This document shows, in pieces, positions 17,961 to 22,264 of a stretch of 22,264 nucleotides of DNA. Origin of the DNA: a bacterium (GTDB lineage: Bacteria; Hinthialibacterota; Hinthialibacteria; Hinthialibacterales; Hinthialibacteraceae); the NCBI GenBank assembly GCA_963663405.2, contig CAXXSM010000043.1, forward strand, positions 1 through 22,264, given 5' to 3'. The notes under the pieces are model-generated. The model was given only the letters and a program-made list of their open reading frames with translations, searched no databases and was not told the DNA's origin. Position numbers and translations under genes: made by a program. Positions within the stretch are counted from its first letter, which is position 1. Each line of letters begins with the position of its first letter.

Positions 17961-20900
17961 TCAGTTAATCGAATGGGGAATAAAACCGATGGAGGTTTCC
18001 AGCCAACCTCCACAGCTGCAGCCGCCGCCCCCTTCGGGGGATAGGACCATCCCCCCGGCTGAGATTGTGCTGAGCCAGCATCCCGGCCGGATGCTGAACC
18101 AGTAACTGACGGTCTCTTTATTGACATCCCACATGGAGATCGCGCCTTGTTTGCCGCGATAGATCAACACGCCTGTTGTGCCGCAGAAGGTCGCGCAGCC
18201 TCCTTCGTGTGGCGGCATATTTTTTGTGAGCAGCGTTCCATCACTGATACTGTAACCGCGCGGGCGCAGATATACGGCGGCTCCGACGACGGCGGGATGC
18301 TGCATATGCTGTCCATGATTGTCTTTAATCCATTTGTGCTGGACATGCCATTTTTCATCTCCGTTTCCGGCGTCATAGGCGTAGAGATGATACTCCTTTT
18401 GGGAAAGCCCCAATAATAAAGTACCGTTCGTGTATAAAAGGTAAAACACGATTGTTCCTTCGACTGTGTTTAAAGGCTTTTCCCATATGACATCGCCGGT
18501 GTCCGCGTTCAGTTTAACGAGATACTGTTCGCTCCAAAATTCGGGGGAGCCTAATCGGCGGTCTGGAGACGCTTTGACGTCTTTATTCCGGCATTCCACA
18601 AAGTAGACGTGGCCATCTGCGATGGTGATTGTTGAATTGATGATCACACCTTGTGAATAGGTCCAGACTTGATCTCCGTTTTGTTTCTTTACTGCGAACA
18701 GATTGTCACTGCATACTTTATATGTGATCGGGCCGGATGTGGCGTCGGCCCAGCCTGTTGTCGAACCGCCCCGGAAGTTTGTATAAACCGTTCCCTCTTT
18801 CAAAGCGCTGCCGAAGAGAGTGTCATTCACCGACGCGATATATCCCCAATCAAAATTCTCTTCAAAAGGCTTCACGATATCGAAGAACTTGATTAAACGG
18901 CCCGTTTCCGCATCGATTTTCCAAACTTTATCCGCCACCGCCGCGTATAGATAGTCATTATCCGCGCACCAGTTGCCGCAGTCGCGGGGGATATTGAAGC
19001 GGTGAATGTTGGGGATTTCGAGCGACCAGAGAATGGCTCCGTTATACGCGTCCTGAGCGATGATCCGGTGAAGGCCTTGCGTGAATAGGCGTCCGTTCAC
19101 TGCGAGGGGCGCTGGTTTGCGGGGATTGCGGTCGACCATCGCGCGTGGGCCGGGGCGGCCGATCCACTGGACGTTGAGCGCGTCTGTCTCCGTCGCGCCT
19201 TGCAATGTGTCGTAGCTGTTCGCGGCGTTGCTGGGATCGCCGTATTGATGGGACCAGACACCCGCTCCAGACAGCGCGGGACGTTCAAAGGGGATTAAAC
19301 GGGCCTTTATCTTTTCCGAATGACACAGATACAATAATCCGCCATTGGGCCGAAGGACGCGCATGATTTCCACTTGCGCGTTGGCGCTGTAGTCTGTTTC
19401 ATTCAGCTGGTCTGTTACGATAATATTCGCAAAACAGCCGTTGAATGGCAGTGTTTCGTACGTGTCCACACACCGCGCGCTCGTCCGCGCGCCGTAGACG
19501 CCCGCTTGTTTGAGGAGGTTTCGGGCTTCAGCGATGTGGGTTGGATTTGTATCTACGCCGTGCACAAAGAGATTGCTTTGTTTCGCAAGTTCGTATACCA
19601 ACCGCCCATCGCCACAGCCGAGAACCAGGCAGTACCCTTTATTCTTTTGGCTCTTTTGCAAAATCCGTTCGGCGAGAGTAGCGGCTCCGTTGTCACTTGG
19701 ATAGGGGGAAGGCCGGTCAGGGATCAAGGGCAGGGAGTAATTGAAATAATTATCGCATTCAAATGGGGTGGTACATTGGATGGCTCCATCTATGCGGGTT
19801 TTAATCACATACATATATTTCAGATGTGGACGCAGTCCCTTGAGAGTCGCAGTTACATTCCCATTTGTGTTTTGCAAGACGGCGCGATGTTCCGAGGGGG
19901 ATTCGAGACCGTATTCGATAACGGTCTCTCCTGGTGTTTCTGTATGGAAACGAGCAACGGCGCTATTGGGAGACGTAAATTGCAGGTACAGGCCGAAAGG
20001 CAGTTGTAAAGGTTTTGGAAACTGGGGTTGTACAGCTTCAAAACGCGTTGTAATTTCATAGTCGTCCAGCGCCCGGTTAAAGACGCTGATCTCAAGCAAT
20101 CGGCCTTTAAAAAGGGATGAAGGAGATTTTGTGTATTTCGAAGCGGCTCCGATTGTGTCCAAGGGGTGGATTCGATCGCTTTGTGTGGATGGCAGTTTTA
20201 TTTTACTGTCGAGTATTCCATTGACATACATTTTGATCGTAAATCCATCGTAGACGGCTGCGATGTGATACCAGTTTTCCGTGATGAAACGGGTGGCCGA
20301 ACGAAGTTCCGCTGCGTTATCATTTAATGAAAGGTTGAATGTGAATTGAAAATTGTCGTATCCTAGATTCCAATTCTTTGCGGCGGCGATGGCTCCCTGG
20401 CTGGTCTCCGGATCGATATAGACAGTCGCTTCCACAGTCATGGCTGGTTTTGAAAACATTGGCGCGGAAACAATATCTATGATTGGCAACCGATTTGTAG
20501 CGCCGTTAAAAATCAAGGATTTTGGATTCGAGCCGAAACGCGCGGGGCCTTCCAGCATTCCGTTTCGAGAATGAACACGCTCCAGGATCATCGGCCGTTC
20601 TTCTTGTATGGAATCAAAACGCCATTGCGCTATGGGGCCGTGTTTGGTTTCGAAATACCAAATGTCTCCCTTATTGACTGTTTTATCCTCCATCATCGCG
20701 TCGACACGCCAGAAATAGGCGTTTCCCAAGGTAAGGCTTTTCGGTGTAAATTGGAGAGCCTCTGTTTGTAACTGGAAAGCGGGGGAGGCGGAGTCTGGAT
20801 GGCCGATCGCTTTGGAATCGGGGCAGAAGTAGACATTATACGCTTTCGCGCCGCGCGCCGCTCTCCATTGCAAGGTTGTATTAATGCTCACATCACGCGC

Positions 20901-21683
20901 TGTGTCCGGGGGCAGAGGCAGCGATACGGCTGGTTTTTGGGGAGTGGTATATTTCAAGCCAGCCATGCCGGTGATATAGATATCGCGGATTTCATTCGCG
21001 CTTAAGACACGCCGCCAGATGCTGACGTCATCGATCGCGCCGGAGAAATAATGTGGATACCGCAATCCACCGTCTTGCGCGATGACTGTTGAGAGGCCTG
21101 AATCGATGTTTCCAATCCCGGCGATATCAAGCGTGTTCAATCGCGCTCCATTCTGATAGAGAGCCGCGATCAGGCCGCGTTCGAAAGTGACGGCGATGTG
21201 GGTCCATTCATCCGTGTTGATGATTCCGCCGTCCCGGTCGGCGCGTTTTTTGCCGTCTCCGATGTTGACTTTCCATTTTCCATCGCCGGTTGCGAAGATC
21301 CCCCAGCCGGGATTTTGCCCGTTTTCCCACGCTTTATTCGTAATCAATGGAGGATCGGATGTCCAACCTTTGGTTTTAACCCAGAGCGAGATGGAAAAAT
21401 CGGATTTGGCGCCAAAGTTCAACGGGGCTACTCTTCCCAGAGAGACGCAGTCGTTCGCGCCGTCGAATTGCAACGCATGAGAGCCGGTCCGCCCTTCGAT
21501 AAACGCCGGTGAACCGATTATACGCGCGTGATGATTGTTACCAGACGCGTCCTGTGTATTCTTGTCAAAATTGAGCCAGACGATTAGATCGTTTGTGATC
21601 TCCGCCTGTGAATCAGACGGAGCGGTTCCAAGAATTAACGCGGCGAGAAGAAAGACCGCCTGGATAAATTGATTGCTTTTCAT
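17961..21683 (-). CDS. Secreted multidomain protein: 2x LamG-like jellyroll + FN3-like + class I SAM-methyltransferase-like + PQQ-like propeller
   Basis: RBS AAGGAG; signal peptide; LamG motifs ALQFDG/WTHIAVTF/FSGAIDDVSIWRRVLS and WYHIAAVYDG/FNRALD; FN3-like LKGLRPHLKYMY; SAM motif YCLVLGCGDGRL...EIMRVLRPNGG; PQQ repeats DAYNGAILW, LNADTGDVIW, YDAGNGDEKW; C-terminal RPGCW...GCSC. Confidence 0.85.
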   Translation of the reverse strand: MKSNQFIQAVFLLAALILGTAPSDSQAEITNDLIVWLNFDKNTQDASGNNHHARIIGSPAFIEGRTGSHALQFDGANDCVSLGRVAPLNFGAKSDFSISLWVKTKGWTSDPPLITNKAWENGQNPGWGIFATGDGKWKVNIGDGKKRADRDGGIINTDEWTHIAVTFERGLIAALYQNGARLNTLDIAGIGNIDSGLSTVIAQDGGLRYPHYFSGAIDDVSIWRRVLSANEIRDIYITGMAGLKYTTPQKPAVSLPLPPDTARDVSINTTLQWRAARGAKAYNVYFCPDSKAIGHPDSASPAFQLQTEALQFTPKSLTLGNAYFWRVDAMMEDKTVNKGDIWYFETKHGPIAQWRFDSIQEERPMILERVHSRNGMLEGPARFGSNPKSLIFNGATNRLPIIDIVSAPMFSKPAMTVEATVYIDPETSQGAIAAAKNWNLGYDNFQFTFNLSLNDNAAELRSATRFITENWYHIAAVYDGFTIKMYVNGILDSKIKLPSTQSDRIHPLDTIGAASKYTKSPSSLFKGRLLEISVFNRALDDYEITTRFEAVQPQFPKPLQLPFGLYLQFTSPNSAVARFHTETPGETVIEYGLESPSEHRAVLQNTNGNVTATLKGLRPHLKYMYVIKTRIDGAIQCTTPFECDNYFNYSLPLIPDRPSPYPSDNGAATLAERILQKSQKNKGYCLVLGCGDGRLVYELAKQSNLFVHGVDTNPTHIAEARNLLKQAGVYGARTSARCVDTYETLPFNGCFANIIVTDQLNETDYSANAQVEIMRVLRPNGGLLYLCHSEKIKARLIPFERPALSGAGVWSHQYGDPSNAANSYDTLQGATETDALNVQWIGRPGPRAMVDRNPRKPAPLAVNGRLFTQGLHRIIAQDAYNGAILWSLEIPNIHRFNIPRDCGNWCADNDYLYAAVADKVWKIDAETGRLIKFFDIVKPFEENFDWGYIASVNDTLFGSALKEGTVYTNFRGGSTTGWADATSGPITYKVCSDNLFAVKKQNGDQVWTYSQGVIINSTITIADGHVYFVECRNKDVKASPDRRLGSPEFWSEQYLVKLNADTGDVIWEKPLNTVEGTIVFYLLYTNGTLLLGLSQKEYHLYAYDAGNGDEKWHVQHKWIKDNHGQHMQHPAVVGAAVYLRPRGYSISDGTLLTKNMPPHEGGCATFCGTTGVLIYRGKQGAISMWDVNKETVSYWFSIRPGCWLSTISAGGMVLSPEGGGGCSCGGWLETSIGFIPHSIN

Positions 21684-21865
21684 TCGATTCTCCTTATATT
21701 CCCATTCTCTTCGAATCCTATCACCTTTTTGAGCATTCTCCAGAGACAGGATTTGTCCTTTTCGAATCGGTAATCATTCTATCGTGTAGAATTGAATCGT
21801 TATGAATGAGTTAAGGGATATTGTGATGGAGAATTGATGACGAGGGGAAGATTGATTTATCAATA

Positions 21866-22264
21866 TTATTGATTGGATGAGGCTTCTTTGATCCGATCCG
21901 CCAGTTGATCTTTAACTGGCTTTACGCCCGCTTTTTGTTTCTCGACTAGTTTTTTGAGTTCTTCAATCACTTCGGGATGCTTATTGTTGATGTTGTAGTG
22001 TTCTCCTGGATCGTGGCCGAGGTGGTATAAAAGGGGTGGATCGTGTTCTTTCAGTTCTTCAGATCCGTAGGCCGGTTTTGTTTTGAAATGGGCTTTGAAC
22101 GGTCCTTTGCGGACGGCGTAAAGTTGTTGGCCGCGATAGAAGAACATCTCGTCTCTTGGACTCTTGCCGTTTCCAAAAAGAGGAGCGCTAAGGTCATATC
22201 CATCATACACGCGATCGTCCGGAATCATGGCGCCGGCGAGTTTGCAGATTGTGGGGAAAAGATC
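21866..22264 (-). CDS. Arylsulfatase A-like sulfatase, C-terminal part (5' end beyond right edge)
   Basis: The frame is open to the window edge: DLFPTICKLAG...DGYDLS...AVRKGPFKAHF...LYHLGHDPGEHYNI...HPEVIEEL. Confidence 0.9.
   Translation of the reverse strand, partial: DLFPTICKLAGAMIPDDRVYDGYDLSAPLFGNGKSPRDEMFFYRGQQLYAVRKGPFKAHFKTKPAYGSEELKEHDPPLLYHLGHDPGEHYNINNKHPEVIEELKKLVEKQKAGVKPVKDQLADRIKEASSNQ

Noticed and set aside
17930-18127. Extended start of the 488-aa propeller ORF
   Set aside because: It overlaps the upstream gene. RBS and signal peptide support ATG 17929.
21852-21863. FNR box
   Set aside because: The TTGAT/ATCAA half-sites are separated by 2 nt, not the canonical 4.
1-22264. 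CRISPR array, tRNA or rRNA genes
   Set aside because: No short regularly spaced repeats or RNA-gene signatures were seen; the window is almost fully protein-coding.

Overview
Bacterial chromosomal window, about 50-60% GC by spot counts. The gene content (BatA/vWA, PQQ-type propellers, sulfatase, GH2) resembles Planctomycetes/PVC-adjacent or candidate-phylum genomes, which is an inference. Left to right: a partial BatA/vWA gene (-); a Tat-exported Ogl/TolB-like beta-propeller (+); an AT-rich head-to-tail array of three ~390-aa secreted beta-propeller paralogs (2880-7644); a minus-strand cluster of GT-C glycosyltransferase, DUF1963/YwqG protein and secreted alpha/beta hydrolase; a REP-like double hairpin; a GH2 glycosidase (+); and a minus-strand run of amidohydrolase, PQQ-propeller, a 1240-aa LamG-LamG-FN3-methyltransferase-propeller protein and a partial sulfatase. 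The third array copy is interrupted by a complete 1191-bp IS1-family element with 24-bp IRs, an 8-bp target duplication and a -1 frameshift transposase. The best candidate for an undescribed system is the array: near-identical 5' and 3' blocks flank a divergent, very AT-rich core, and relatedness between copies is patchwork. Second is the apparently split secreted methyltransferase/propeller pair. No rRNA, tRNA, CRISPR or reverse transcriptase was seen.
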